The notes beneath the pieces are model-generated. The model ran no database searches. It had not been told where the DNA came from and worked only from the letters and a program-made list of their open reading frames with translations. Position numbers and translations under genes: made by a program. DNA of 53,941 bases, filler included, from Sphacelaria rigidula (taxonomy: Eukaryota), in assembly GCA_964200075.2 (NCBI GenBank). It is 4 parts of 4 records of this genome, joined end to end, with 100 filler letters (N's around TTAATTAATTAA, not from the genome) between each part and the next. Parts side by side here need not be neighbours in the genome. Positions count along the whole stretch, not along the records: positions 13,514 to 26,924 come from CAXNAA020002897.1; positions 27,025 to 40,434 come from CAXNAA020002898.1; 2 more parts are not named here. One strand, written 5' to 3'. This document shows positions 25,918-38,317 of the stretch, piece after piece (positions within the stretch are counted from its first letter, which is position 1; every line of letters starts with the position of its first letter).

Positions 25918-26924
25918 CTGCTCCATCAGGATGGCGGGAGAGGGGAACACAGAGTTGGGGGGCGGGGGGCGGTAAAACAGGAAATTCTTCCGTGTTTTTT
26001 TTTCTTAATTTTACATTTTCATTTTCCTTCCCTTCACCTTTTTTCTTTACTTTATTTTCTCGTTTTCTACCCTTTCCCCCCCCCGGGTTTTCATTTATTT
26101 TTTTCATCCTGTTCTTTGATTCGCGGGTGAAACTTGATGGGAGAAACAAAATTGCTTGAAATCGGCGCGGAAGGGTCTGATTGGCGGAGCTTCGGGTTAG
26201 GACGTACGTATGCCCCCTTTTGTGTCGCAGACCCGTGGTGCACGTTACCCGTCATGTGTATGACTATGAAAAGATGGCGTGAACAAAAAAGGGGAGGGGA
26301 GGCGCTTGGCTCGGAGATTAGCAAATTTCAAAATCTGGGTGAGAGACGGTGAATTAATCATGACAAATTTGTAGTCGAAATGGGGCGATGTTCGTTCGGG
26401 TGACGTTGTCATGAAATCCGGTGAGTGAGTGAAAAAACAGCAGAAAGCACGAAACGAAACGAGGTACAGGAGTGTTGTCGTAGTTGATCATGAGGGACTT
26501 GAAAAAAAAGGAATATCGTACGAGTACCGCAGCATCAGCAACAGCAAAAGCAACAGCAACAGCAACAACTTTTTATTTCAACCTATTTTTTATTTTTCTT
26601 CTCGCGCCCGCAGATGAAACAAACAAAAATCATGCCGGTCGAGCAGTCGTCCAGCCATCATCAATACTAAGCCAAGGATAATGTTGTCGACTTCCAACAG
26701 ATGGACACATACTTCATATATATATACTTCCTCTGTCCCATAAGTCTGTATCGTTATGGACGTTTAATCGTGTGGGTATTTCAATGCTCACGATCATGCT
26801 ACAGTTGGGCTCCTTAGAGAGATAACGTACAGACGAAGCTGACTGAGAAAACAAAAAAAGGAAAAAAAAACTTGTTTTCAATACTGAAACCATATCAAAA
26901 TATACCCCATTTTGGCCCTTTTGG

Positions 26925-27024
26925 NNNNNNNNNNNNNNNNNNNNNNNNNNNNNNNNNNNNNNNNNNNNTTAATTAATTAANNNNNNNNNNNNNNNNNNNN
27001 NNNNNNNNNNNNNNNNNNNNNNNN
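26925..27024. other. Artificial contig spacer (N44-TTAATTAATTAA-N44)
   Basis: Same 100-nt spacer. Confidence 0.98.
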
Positions 27025-27562
27025 AAAAGCCGAGCACAACGAGAAGCTGGGAATTCCCCCGCTTTGGTTCGTTCTAGCCAATATCGCCAATTTGAGGCGC
27101 TTCATGTAGCCTGAGCCCGAACATCAGGCGCTGTATGGCCATTTTTGTCGTGGCACTTTCGGCTGGTTTTTGGGGGGGGGGGGGCTATCGTAGAAAGTGT
27201 CGCAAGTATCGTGTGTGTTTATGGGGTAGCTCATGTGTTTTCTTCTGTGCGTCCGTTACAACTTCTCACATGTCGAATAGCGCATGAGCTACCCAAATAT
27301 TACTCATGACCGTACTGATTCGGAATACGCGCTATAATACCGTATCTTGCCTCTGTTACCATATTTTCTCCCAACAGCGCTGAACTCCGAGCACGCGGAG
27401 TAGCACATATGTTGCGCTTTGACTTCTCGGACCCCGCTGTCTCGCCTGTTGTGTTTTGGAACCGACAGTTCTTAGAGTCCTCCTTGACTGGATTTTTTTT
27501 CACGTAGCTCATGAAGTGTCTGATATGTGCAACGTTTGATTTCGCCAAAATGGACGAGTCAG

Positions 27563-29434
27563 GTACAACTGCAAGCGCGAGCGCACGAAGTTGAAGCGCG
27601 CCTTGGGGAGGGCGGAGTACCTCAGCCGACAGGAGGCGAAAAATGCTCGCGTTAGGGCTCTCGAGGAGGAAGAGGCCCAAAAAATCCCCTACGAGGTGAT
27701 TGTATATTTTCGGCATGAGAAAAACACAGCGAGCAATTGATAGATGGTCATTATGTTTCGACTGATGCTACCTGTTTTCCTTTTATACTTCATTGATGAA
27801 ATGGTATCTTCTTCGCGGGAGCTTGGAAAGAAGCTGCGGAAATTGTTCATTTTTCGCCCCATCCCACCACCAGCGACGACAGCAACAGTCTTCCCTTATT
27901 GAAAGTGAGGGTCATCGTCGTTTTCTCTTGACTTTTCGATTTTTTGTTGTATCTACACGAGAGCACCATGCCGTCTTACCCACCTTTTCCAACGCTTTGA
28001 TTTTTTATCGTGTCGAAAAATTGGAGGGAAATGAGACGGGAGGAATTTGAAACATGGGGGGAAACGGTAGCGTGGCCTTTATGTTTCATGCCTGCAACGC
28101 CCCAGTGGGAGAATGCCGTATCGACCGCCGTTCACCTTGCCCACCTGAGGTGAATTTTTACCTGTCGTCAAACTGTATGGGTCACTTTTTGCTGGCGCCA
28201 ATGTACAAGCCATGTACTTCATGCATGTTGAGGAAAAGAGAAGAAAATACTGAAGAAATCAAAAGCATGCCACCAGAAGGTCACGCCGTTCCCACTGTTG
28301 ACCTCTGTCTCTTTTCCCCCGTCCCCGTCCCCTCCTCCTTGCCGAACAGTCGGAGATGGTGCTGTGCGAAACTCTAGTGTCGTACCTGGAGTCGACATTC
28401 ATGAAGGTGGAGGCCAAGGAAGAGGAAGACAAGAAGGCTACGGCCCGCGCCGCCGCCACCTCCGCTGAGTTCGGAGGCATGAAGATGGTGATGAAGAAGC
28501 GAAGCGACGAGGACTTCATCGTCATGGGGGGTGGGAAGAAGAAGGGACGAGGTACCAAGAAGGTGAGGGATGCTGCTCTTCAAGGATGACTTCGTATGTT
28601 TTTGCTGCACACGAAGGACCGAGCAGTCAAAGTCCTCATCGTCATTGTTTTACTCAACGACACTGTGATTCAGATTGATTAATTGAAACCCTTGTCCGCA
28701 TTACTGCCCTCGTGTCCATTCCAGTCATCGCACTGTAGGGGGCGGGGGGGGGGGGCATCGCACTGTAGGGGGCGGGGGGGGGGGGGGGGGGGGTGTGGCG
28801 CGGGNNNNNNNNNNTTCGGGGGGTGCGGGTGGGGGCGGGCGAGGTTGCCGGTGAGGAGTGGGGGGGCGGGGGGGGGGGGGGGGGGGTGTCCTGTGACTCG
28901 AGCACGACTCATGAGTATTATTACAGGGGAGGGAAAATTCAGCACAGATTTTCGTGGAGGAATCACTCACTCACACTGGCGACACCAGGGAGATAACTCG
29001 TACGCTTCATGAGTAGAACGTGTCGGTTTGGAATCCCAGGTCCCCATCAAAAGCGACGAGAAAAGTCAAGCGGAGGCACAAAAAAAATCGTGAAGATGTT
29101 GAGGGAGGCGGCGGCGGCGGCTGCTGCTGCTGCTGCTTCATCGTTTTTGTAACTGTTCCTCATTTTTACTTTCCTCCTCCTTTGTTGCTGTTGCTTCCGC
29201 AGGGAGGCGGGAACAAGGGAAACGCCGGGGGCACCATTGTTCACGCCATTGATACCATGGAGAGCTTCTCGCTCCTTTCCATCTCTCCTCCTCCCAACAA
29301 GGTGAAACCGTGTATGGGTGCAACCGCATTATTTCTCCTTTTGAGTCGGCGCACCCGCGGTGGGCATGATCATGTTTTCACGATGGATTATATCCACGGG
29401 AAAACATGGACTTGTGACTCTCAGCTACTCACAG

Positions 29435-29471
<37 letters not shown>

Positions 29472-32400
29472 CCCCCCGAACCACCCAAGACCAAAGTGCA
29501 CAAAGCCAAAAACAAAAAANNNNNNNNNNGCCAGGTTTTTTTTTTATTGTGGTTTGTTCCACCGGACAAAAGGGAGGTTTTGCGCCTCCCCCCTCCCACC
29601 CCCCCCCCCCCCCCCCCCCCACACACACACACATGACGAAGAGGCACGGCAACCGTTTGCGTCATAATAAGTAGAAAATAAAGAGAAAATCGACCCGTTT
29701 ATGAGTAATGCTGATCGCCCAACCGACGGTGGTGAGGATGGTGATTCGATGAGGTAAGACGATGGGGGCAGTCGAGGAACCTCGCAGGAGTGAGGGACGA
29801 TGACTGTGTCGTCTTGCCGTGCTGACCGGTTGCGGCAACAACCCGTGTACCGGACGCCGTAAAGACGGCATTCGCCAACTTTGCTGTCCCATAAAGTCAT
29901 CAGCTCTGCAAGGTCTCGCCGAACTCGGGGGCCATGCTATATTAGTATGGCGTACGCTTCGAAAAAGATCCAGACGTGTCGGGTGCCGGAGACCATGCGA
30001 ATTGGGAAACTCGAGAGGAAGCAGCAGAAGCTCATGCTCGCGAACTTCTGCGGCTTCCTTTCGGGTTTGCCTATCCGCGTGGTCTGCCGCATCCATCGCG
30101 GATGTATCTCTCAAAGCGTACGCCGCAGCATGGCCCTTGAGTCTGGCCGGCACTTGCAGAGTCGGTGCCTCTGTGGGAAGGCGAAGTTAGTGAATGCTGT
30201 TTCGATGGCGCTCCGGTACACGGGTTGTTGCCGCAACCAGTTGGCACGGCAAGATAATGCTGCCATCGTTCCTAGAACTTGACCTTACTCTCAGTGGCCG
30301 GAAAATATGCTGACAAACGGGACGACCAAGTGTACACTTCTTTTGATACTTATCTTGCCACCGGTGCGGTGCCGCTTATTCCGTTCACAACATGTAATGC
30401 ATCGACAAATTGTGGCCAAACAGTAGGGTCGCAAAAAAACGGGTCTATATCTGCCTTGGTGCCCCTCTGGTTACTGGTGCTGTGTCGCTTACACCCTAGA
30501 CAAAACGAAGTGTCTCAATGCGATACCAATACTTCCATGTTGGAAACATGTGTGTGAATATGCCCATACCAACATTATTTTCGTGATCATCATCGCGCAG
30601 GCGCTTTTGTTCAGATCCGCCTCTGCAAAAATTCTCACGCATGCTCAGAAAGATTGTAAAGTTGTGTTCTATAGGGTTCTTTTTCTGTATACGCGGGTAT
30701 TTTCCCGGATATTTACCGTACCCGACAGTTCCGTCATCTCTGTAAGACCCACATACCCGCACCCGATAGTTCTGTGAGTCTTGTAAGCCTCCTGTACCGT
30801 TACTGAGGGCACGGGTATGCTCTTGATGAGACACCCGAGTGTGGGTACGGTTTTCTGTGCAGTTTCCATACCCTGCACGGCAGTTTCTGTGAGTTGTGTA
30901 CGCCTCCCACACCCTTATCCGACAGTCCTGTGAGTTCTGTACGTAATGTATGCCCGTATCCGGCGCGCGGGTGTGCTATCGAAAAAGTCCGATTGCAAGG
31001 ACGGTCTTCTGTAAGCCTCCCATACTGTACCCGACGAGTTCTGTAATTTCTGTAAGACTTTCAAACCGGTAACCGATCTTTCTGCAAGTTTTGTGAGGAA
31101 TCTCCCGTACCCTACAAAACACGACCTTGAAAGATTACATTCCATGGAATGACAAGAACATCCACGTCGATTTTTGCCTACTCCTTCGCACGATCTTGCA
31201 CTTCCATTAGATCCTGTTCCCCGAAAATCAGGATGGCATGTTTCCAATAATGCGACTGTCGGCGGTGGGGACTCGGTAGAGTAGTAGAATTTCAGATATT
31301 TGTCATGGGTGAAGATAATGTGATTCATTTACAGTTAAGTTTTCTCCTGGGCAATATGTTTTGATTCCTCCTCCCCCATGAATACTCTCCCTGTCTACGG
31401 TGACGCTTTAGGCGGCGGTGCCCGCGGCGATCGCGGCGCTGAAGGAGAAGAAAAAGTGGTATAGCGAGCAGCCAAGGGGTGCGGTGACCACGAAGGGCAA
31501 GACCACCCAGGCGAGTCCGTCCCCGCTTTGTCGAACTCGTAGATTTTCACGGCGACTGGGTTCCTCTAGTCGCGGCTGTATAGAGGACGTCACGGGGCAG
31601 CGGAGGGTGATACGTGTGTCAAAAACCCGTTTTTCACCATGTACTTGTTAATCATCTCCCAAGCAAACATGTCCCTGCACCTTCTCTCACCTAAAACGAA
31701 GGAAAGTAATCGCGTTGAAATGTGGGTCGTGTCAACAGATGTCGATGTACGTTCTGACGGTACTCGCTTGTAACGCCGGCCGAGATGTTGGCGTTCGTTG
31801 ATAACGTGACTCGACACTCATTTCCACCCATGCCGCATACCCCCCTCTCACCTTTGCTCCCTCTACTATCGGCCCTCCATTATACTGCTGTCCATGATAA
31901 CAATGCGATCAGAGTGAGAAGCCCAAGGCCGCCGGAAAGAAGGAGAAGGCCCCCGAGATCACCGACGAGGCTTTCCCCTCGCTCCCGGGTGCTGCCCCCA
32001 AGCCTAAGGTCGAAGAGGAGAACGAGGTGGGCGAGGGAGAGGAGGGTGCCGACGCGAACGGAGATGCGGAAGAGGGTGCCGCGGGGGGAAAGGGAAAAGA
32101 GGAAGTGCCAGCAGGTCCTACGGCTGCGGAGATAGTTGCCGCGAACGTGGACACCACGCCAGAGGTGTGTTACTTTCGGGAGGGGCAATATATGGAAGGG
32201 TCAGACGAATCAAAGATTCGTCCGGAAATCACTTGATTTTAGTGTTATCGATTCGTAGGGTATGAGTCAATCCTTACGCTTTGTTTTCAGGTTGCAACCC
32301 AGGTACGCGAAGCTCAGGCAGGTGGAATGGCGTAAACGTTGTGTGAAGACCTGTTTGATTGGCGGTCTACTTTCTTCTGTTATTTGATCAATTAGGCCTG

Positions 32401-33804
32401 AGAAATCGTGGATTAGGTGATTGCAACCGGCGATGATTTGTCCGAACCGTGAATATATGGGAGGGGGCAAGCGTGTGCTGAGACATTTGGCTGAGTTATG
32501 AGAAATTTGAACGCGACTTTGGCTGTTGTAGTAGGTACGCTTGAGTGTCGACTACTCTTGTATACCCGTGTGGCTCGACAAGTACGGGGGTGTTCCTTAC
32601 GCTGAACTGAATGGGTGGCAGGTTTGCCCCTCATATACTGATGGACTTGATTTTTGTGTGGTGGCAACGGTCACTTTTCGGTTTGTTGGGTCCCATTTCG
32701 AATGTTGACTGCAAATCCCCATTAGTTTCTATTGATTTCCTTCGTTTTCCTTCTCCTTCCCGATATTGTTTCGCTCTGCAGCATGAGGGACAGAAAATAC
32801 TCATCGTCCCATCTCCCCGTCAATCGTTGCTGATTGCTGTCGTTGACACTTGATTCATGACAACTGCTCTTGGAAGCGTTCTGTGCGTGTCTGAAATACC
32901 CTCTATCGATTTCAGTTTTCCTCACTCTGTCGTAATTGCCGTGCGCCTTCTGCTGCTTAGGCGGCGCCGACTCCGGCGGAGAGCATCGTCGCAAACGGTG
33001 TTAACGGGACGGCTGCTGATGAAGCTGAGGCTGCCCCAGAGGGGGTTGAGGCAGAGCCGTCCAAGTCGGAGGAGAAGCCGGCTGAAGTCGAGGCGAAGGA
33101 AGATGGAGAGGTGCGTCCAAAGATGATGTGGATATTTCATGTATTTTGTTACCGGTGTTCATTGTTTTCGGTGGCGGGCTTCGAGATGGCCGAGGGAGAT
33201 ACCGCCAGATTGACTTCATACGTTTAAGTGTCATGGTCGTTGATCGATCGAGGGGATTATACTCCGTATGTCGGTTGATAGGTCTGTTTTTCGGGCGTCG
33301 GGCCGCGACCATGCACTAGCGTCGAGCGCGAGCTCGATAGTAGTCGGGTCATTATCTATGCAAGGGTTAAGGCGAGAAGTATCAAAAAAGGTATAAGCTC
33401 AACGACAGCATTGTTGCCTCTCTTGATGTCACCGGTGATTTGAATTTGTCCGGGACTATTTCGGTGTTTGATACCGACGTATTCTTGACTCCTCTCAGCT
33501 GTGGCCATCTACTTGATCCTCATCTCGGGTCTGGAGCGGACAGACTGCGAGGCCTGTGCCCTCCTTGAGAGCCAGACATGCCAAGCTTGTACCAAGCTCC
33601 TACCCCTGTATAATGGGGTATGTGCGCTTAGTTGATGTATGTGGGTCTAGCCAAAAAGGCTGGCCGCAACGCAGCTGACCGCTGCATATCAATTGATGCA
33701 CATCACGTCACAACGCTGACGCTCGAGTAGTATTACAGATGCCATCCGGGGCGACAAGTACAGGTACATCAGTGGAACATGCAGAGGTACCCGACGATTT
33801 TTTT

Positions 33805-33877
<73 letters not shown>

Positions 33878-34130
33878 TCCCGTGAAAACACGTTGTACCA
33901 CAGATCAAAAATATTTTCACGTCTCATGCTTATCTGCTTTCGTCAACTTCGTCGCACAGGCGAGCGCCGCGGCGGGCGAAGATGAACCCGCTGCCGAGGC
34001 TGCAGGGGAGGAGAAGGCGGTTGCTGCCCCTGCCGCTGGGGAGGCAGAACCTGAAGCACCCACCAAGGAAGAGCCCACGGCAGAGGGAGGTGGGGAGGAG
34101 GTTGCAGCCAAGGAGGACGCCGACGAATAA
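27563..34130 (+). CDS. Bfr1-like (nuclear segregation protein) coiled-coil protein, 3' part, with a long acidic E/A-rich tail
   Basis: Exons 27563-27695, 28350-28562, 29203-29301, 31412-31510 (GC donor), 31913-32164, 32961-33110 and 33960-34130 (TAA) splice in frame: ...EEEEAQKIPYE|SEMVLCETLVSYLE...KKRSDEDFIVMGGGKKKGRGTKK|...IVHAIDTMESFSLLSISPPPNK|AAVPAAIAALKEKKKWY...DEAFPSLPG... The exon structure is well supported. The family call rests on recalled Bfr1 motifs (PYExExxLCxxLxxYL; F/L..l.v.PP....vp..i..LkeKk.w). Confidence 0.75.
29788..30279. mobile_element. ~490-bp TIR element in an intron
   Basis: TCTTGCCGTGCTGACCGGTTGCGGCAACAACCCGTGTACCGGA pairs with TCCGGTACACGGGTTGTTGCCGCAACCAGTTGGCACGGCAAGA. 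Confidence 0.75.
30657..31130. mobile_element. TIR element, same family as 9713-10467
   Basis: AAGTTGTGTTCTATAGGG...CCCTACAAAACACGACCTTG termini and the same subrepeats. Confidence 0.8.
33807..33873. repeat. (GT)n microsatellite
   Basis: Direct reading. Confidence 0.97.
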
Positions 34131-36869
34131 GGCGAAGGATTCCGAAACATGTTCGAATGCCCCTCAAATTTTCTCCGCGAGGCATTCTTGAGAGGATCCC
34201 GAGAAATTTCTCTCGAAAAAGAGTAGTCCTCCACGCGACAACTTGCGAAAATATCATAAATCGTCGTGTCCTCCTCCACTTCCCTCCCGCCACGCTCCCC
34301 ACGCACCCCCGCTGGCATATGACGGATTAACGTACTCGTTCACGTGCCCATGAGGAGTAGGAGTAGCGGGTTCGTTCGCGGGCTCTCTTAGTTGTGCTTC
34401 TGTTGTGTAGGATTTTGGATTTTGGTGCTATGTTGCTTCTTCTCTGCTCGATAGGATGAACGTCCGTCAAGCATTTCTTGTGTCCATCTCGTCGAGGTTT
34501 TTGTGTGGCCTATCCTGTTTCCTCTTCTTTTCCTGTTTGAGTAGTTTTGCGAGACGTGTTCGTTGTGTTGACACACGCGGAGGCACGAGCTCGCATCGGT
34601 AAACTACTCATTTGCAAAAAAAATAACGCAGTCTTGGGAGGCTTTAACAACTAAAGATTAGTCTAGAGGAAGAAACGCTGCGGGATGTCATCTTTGGAGA
34701 CTCGAGCGATTTGTGTAGATTTTCCACGCGAGAGATTTTAAGCGCTTATTTTAGGAAATCAACGTTGCGAAATGTTGATGAACACAGGGTGGGCTGTGTC
34801 GTGTCCGTCTGGGTGGGGAGGGAACACGAACGCACATCGCATTATTGAAGTACCGTGGTCCGTGGAAAAACTTCCCCCCAAGAGTCCGAGGAGGAGTTCT
34901 TCATGGAGATGGTCTTGCATTACAGTATTTTGACATGTGGAAAACAGTACAGTGACACCTTACATCCCCCTATTTTGCAGTGGAAGGAGTGGCGAGACGT
35001 CATGTTGGATCTTGGACTGCGGCTGCGAGAAAATCTCCTGGAGCGGGTTTGGTTTCTGTGAGAGTGCGCAATTATTTCTGGTGACCCGGGCGGGAAAAGT
35101 TGTTGTAGACTGCGTGCGCTGGATTTCAGCAGGGTGTTCTTGGTTCGTCTTTGCGGTGGCTGGCTGGCTGGAAGAAGAAAATATATCACGTCTTTTATCT
35201 CCTCCTTGTGTGAGTTCTTGTCTCGTTTATCTGTGCGTAAGGGTGTTCCGCAGCATTCAATGGCGCTGCTGCTTGTTGGGTCTTTTCTTTCTCTTGCTGT
35301 GCGCGTGTTATGTGTGGTTGCCGCTTGATAGTATGCTTTTTTTGCATTTGGCTAATGAACCGAGAAAACATGACAGCGAACCGAAACGCAACAACGATCA
35401 AACGCACTGCTTCTTTCTTGGGGAAACGCTGTCGCCATGGAGTTCGTGAGAGTTTTGACCAGGAAGGAGTGACTGTGGTCACGAGAAACAAAGGCAGAAA
35501 AGTAGGTCTTGAGCCGTTGCAATTCCCCGGACAGATGGACGCAGAGCAACGGAAGAACGGCATGTCAATCCCTCCGTCTCTCAGTGTCGAATAAAGTGGT
35601 GTCATTCTGGTGTGAAACCTCGTTCCATCTTCTCGCGACTTCGGAAAAAGTAACCTTGTGTTCCGTTTGCGTTTCAATTGAGCCAATCCCAACTTTTGAT
35701 GACGTTTTAAATGTACGGATAGTTGTGGCGTTGGGTACGTCATCACCGATGATTTTTGCAAGATCCCGAGTGGACATTTCTACCGCTGTAGGTATTCCCA
35801 AACTTTGACCTTGACATTTTGACCGCAGAATCATCTAAACTCAATGATTCTTCAGCTGAAGATGCGGGTCTAACATATGAACCATAAGTGGCGGTGAAAG
35901 GGTTCGGGCATCAGTAGCCGAGGGTCAGTGAAGATGGGGTCTCTCTCTTTCGTTTTTCATGCCTACAACTTCTGATGGTCACTTGAAGGATGGATGCTTC
36001 GAGACGGATATGATCCCTTTTTTCTTCAGCAAAAATACGCAACCTCAAGTAAGATGCAGCTGGTGCTGACTTCACACGTTCAGCAGCATGCGGATTATTC
36101 CGCAGCATTGCATTACCTAATTGCGCATGCGGTGCCCATCCTCTCGGCAAGTTTTTGACGTCTGAGGGAAGCCGAGGACAGCGCAATCTTTCACCGTTTG
36201 ACCCCCGTGTTGAGGCTACGACAGTGGATCAATTCCATTTTCACGAATTGACCTGGTTCCTGCTCCGAGTGAAAAATTCGACCAACAACGTTGTTGTGAG
36301 TCGAGCGTCGAGCACTGATTGATCACTGGCTTTGAACATTTCCTAACGATTTCAGCCCGTCTACGGCCTATTTCTCCCGTGGATGGATTTTTCGGACCAC
36401 AGTCTGTTGGGCGGTATTTTTCGCCTCACTCTGAGGGAACACCAATTCTCCGATTCTCTGGACGTTGGCTCTTGGTTCACCACCTTTCTGCTCAGATCGG
36501 GGGACTCCTGAACTGGAATACCGTTGATGTTTCCCCAACTCCGGTACATTATGTAAATCGCGCTAGCGAGTATCTTTTCCCAACAGATAACCTGAGTCGA
36601 TCAGATGCGGTTACGTAGTATTACGGTACAGGTACTGGGTCTGTAGATTTTTTAGTGGTCATGGGGGAGTTGTCAAATTTTGAATCCATCAGCTGCGCCG
36701 CCAGACATGGACGCAAACGATAGTGCCGTTCTCGGTTTCTTCGGAAGCAGGTGACATGCATCTCTTTCAGGCGGACGACACACTCCATATACCACGCCCT
36801 AAGCGTGGTGATGCGCTGGAACGCGAAGCGTTGTCGCCACCTATCTTCGTACCATGGGGCCCTGTTGCA

Positions 36870-37845
36870 GGTTAAGGGCAACTTTTCGCTTAAAGGCAAG
36901 CGGTCCGGATTAAGGGCAAGCGCCCCCGACTATGGGGAAGCGCCCCTGACTATGGGGAAGCGCACCTGGGTAAGGGGAAGCGCCCCTGACTATGGGGAAG
37001 CGCACCTGGGTATGGGGAAGCACACCTGGGTAGGGGGAAGCGCACCTGGGCAGGGGGAAGCGCACCTGGATACGGGCAAGCGCCTCTGATTATTGGCATC
37101 TGCCTCTAGCGACGGAGAAGCGATACACGTATCGTCAACATATTCCCGAATCAGCCGAAGAGTGCCAAACTGTCTAGGGCGTGCTAAGGACCCACGATAC
37201 GTGTGTCTCTGGCTCGTGGGCATACGATACAGGTGTCTCTCGCTTGCGGGCACGCGATACAGGTTAGGGTTGGGGCTAGGGTTGGGGTTAGGGTATCGTG
37301 GGTCCTTAGTGTAATGCGTCAGAGGACCGCGTGCTTAGAGGACCGCGCCGTAGGTCAAAACACCTCAAGATCGACCTTTTTCAAAACCAATCCGGCCAGT
37401 CCCTGCAGGTACTACGCCCCTGGCCATAACCCCGACACTAACCCTTATCCTAAACCTAAACCTAACCATAGGGATATTCACACTCCGATGCGGTCCTCTA
37501 AGCACGCGGTCCTCTCACGCATTACACTTAGCACGCCCTAGACAGTTTGGCATTCTTCGGCTGATTCGGGAATATGATGACGATACGTTTATCGCTTCTC
37601 CGTCGCTAGGGGCAGATGCCAATATTCAGGGGCGCTTGCCCGTATCCAGATGCGCTTCCCCCTACCCAGGTGTGCCTCCCCATAGTCAGGGGCGCTTCCC
37701 CCTACCCAGGTGCGCTTCCCCATAGTCAGGTGCGCTTGCCCTTAATCCGGGCCGTTCCCCCCTAATCAGGGGCGCTTCCCCATAGTCAGGGGCGCTTGCC
37801 CTTAATCCGGACCGCTTGCCCTTAAGCGAAAAGTTGCCCTTAACC
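36870..37845. mobile_element. Foldback element (~315-bp arms of 20-bp subrepeats) with two MITEs nested at its centre
   Basis: GGTTAAGGGCAAC...GGGCGTGC (36870-37184) is inverted at 37531-37845. Inner MITEs lie at 37188-37305 and 37309-37527, separated and flanked by TAA/TTA/TTA. Confidence 0.88.
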
Positions 37846-38081
37846 TCTTTCAGGCGGACGACACACTCCATATACCACGCCCTAAGCGTGGTGATGCGCT
37901 GGAACGCGAAGCGTTGTCGCCACCTATCTTCGTACCATGGGGCCCTGTTGCAGGTTAAGGGCAACGCCCGGTTAAGGGCAACTTTTCGCTTAAGGGCAAG
38001 CGGTCCAGATTAACCCCTAGACCGCGAGGTTAGTCTTCTGTTGAATCGGCATCAATTTCAAGTGAAATGAANNNNNNNNNN

Positions 38082-38310
38082 GTGACTATGGGGAAGTGCC
38101 CCTGGCTATGCGGAAGTACACCTGGGTAAGGGGAAGCGCCTCTGACTATGGGGAAGCGCACCTGACTATGGGGAAGCGCCCCTGACTATGGGGAAGCACA
38201 CCTGAGTAAGGGGAAGCGCCCCTGACTATGGGGAAGCACACCTGGGTAGGGGGAAGCGCACCCGGTTAGGGGGGAACGCACCTGGATACGGGCAAGCGCC
38301 CCTGATTATG
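38082..38310. repeat. 20-bp minisatellite (GACTATGGGGAAGCGCCCCT), arm of a second foldback copy
   Basis: Same unit as 36910-37090. Confidence 0.9.
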
Positions 38311-38317
38311 AGCATCA

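Noticed and set aside
28654..29674. Poly-Pro/poly-Gly ORFs
   Set aside because: Produced by intronic poly-C/G runs and N gaps; only 29203-29301 is a supported exon.
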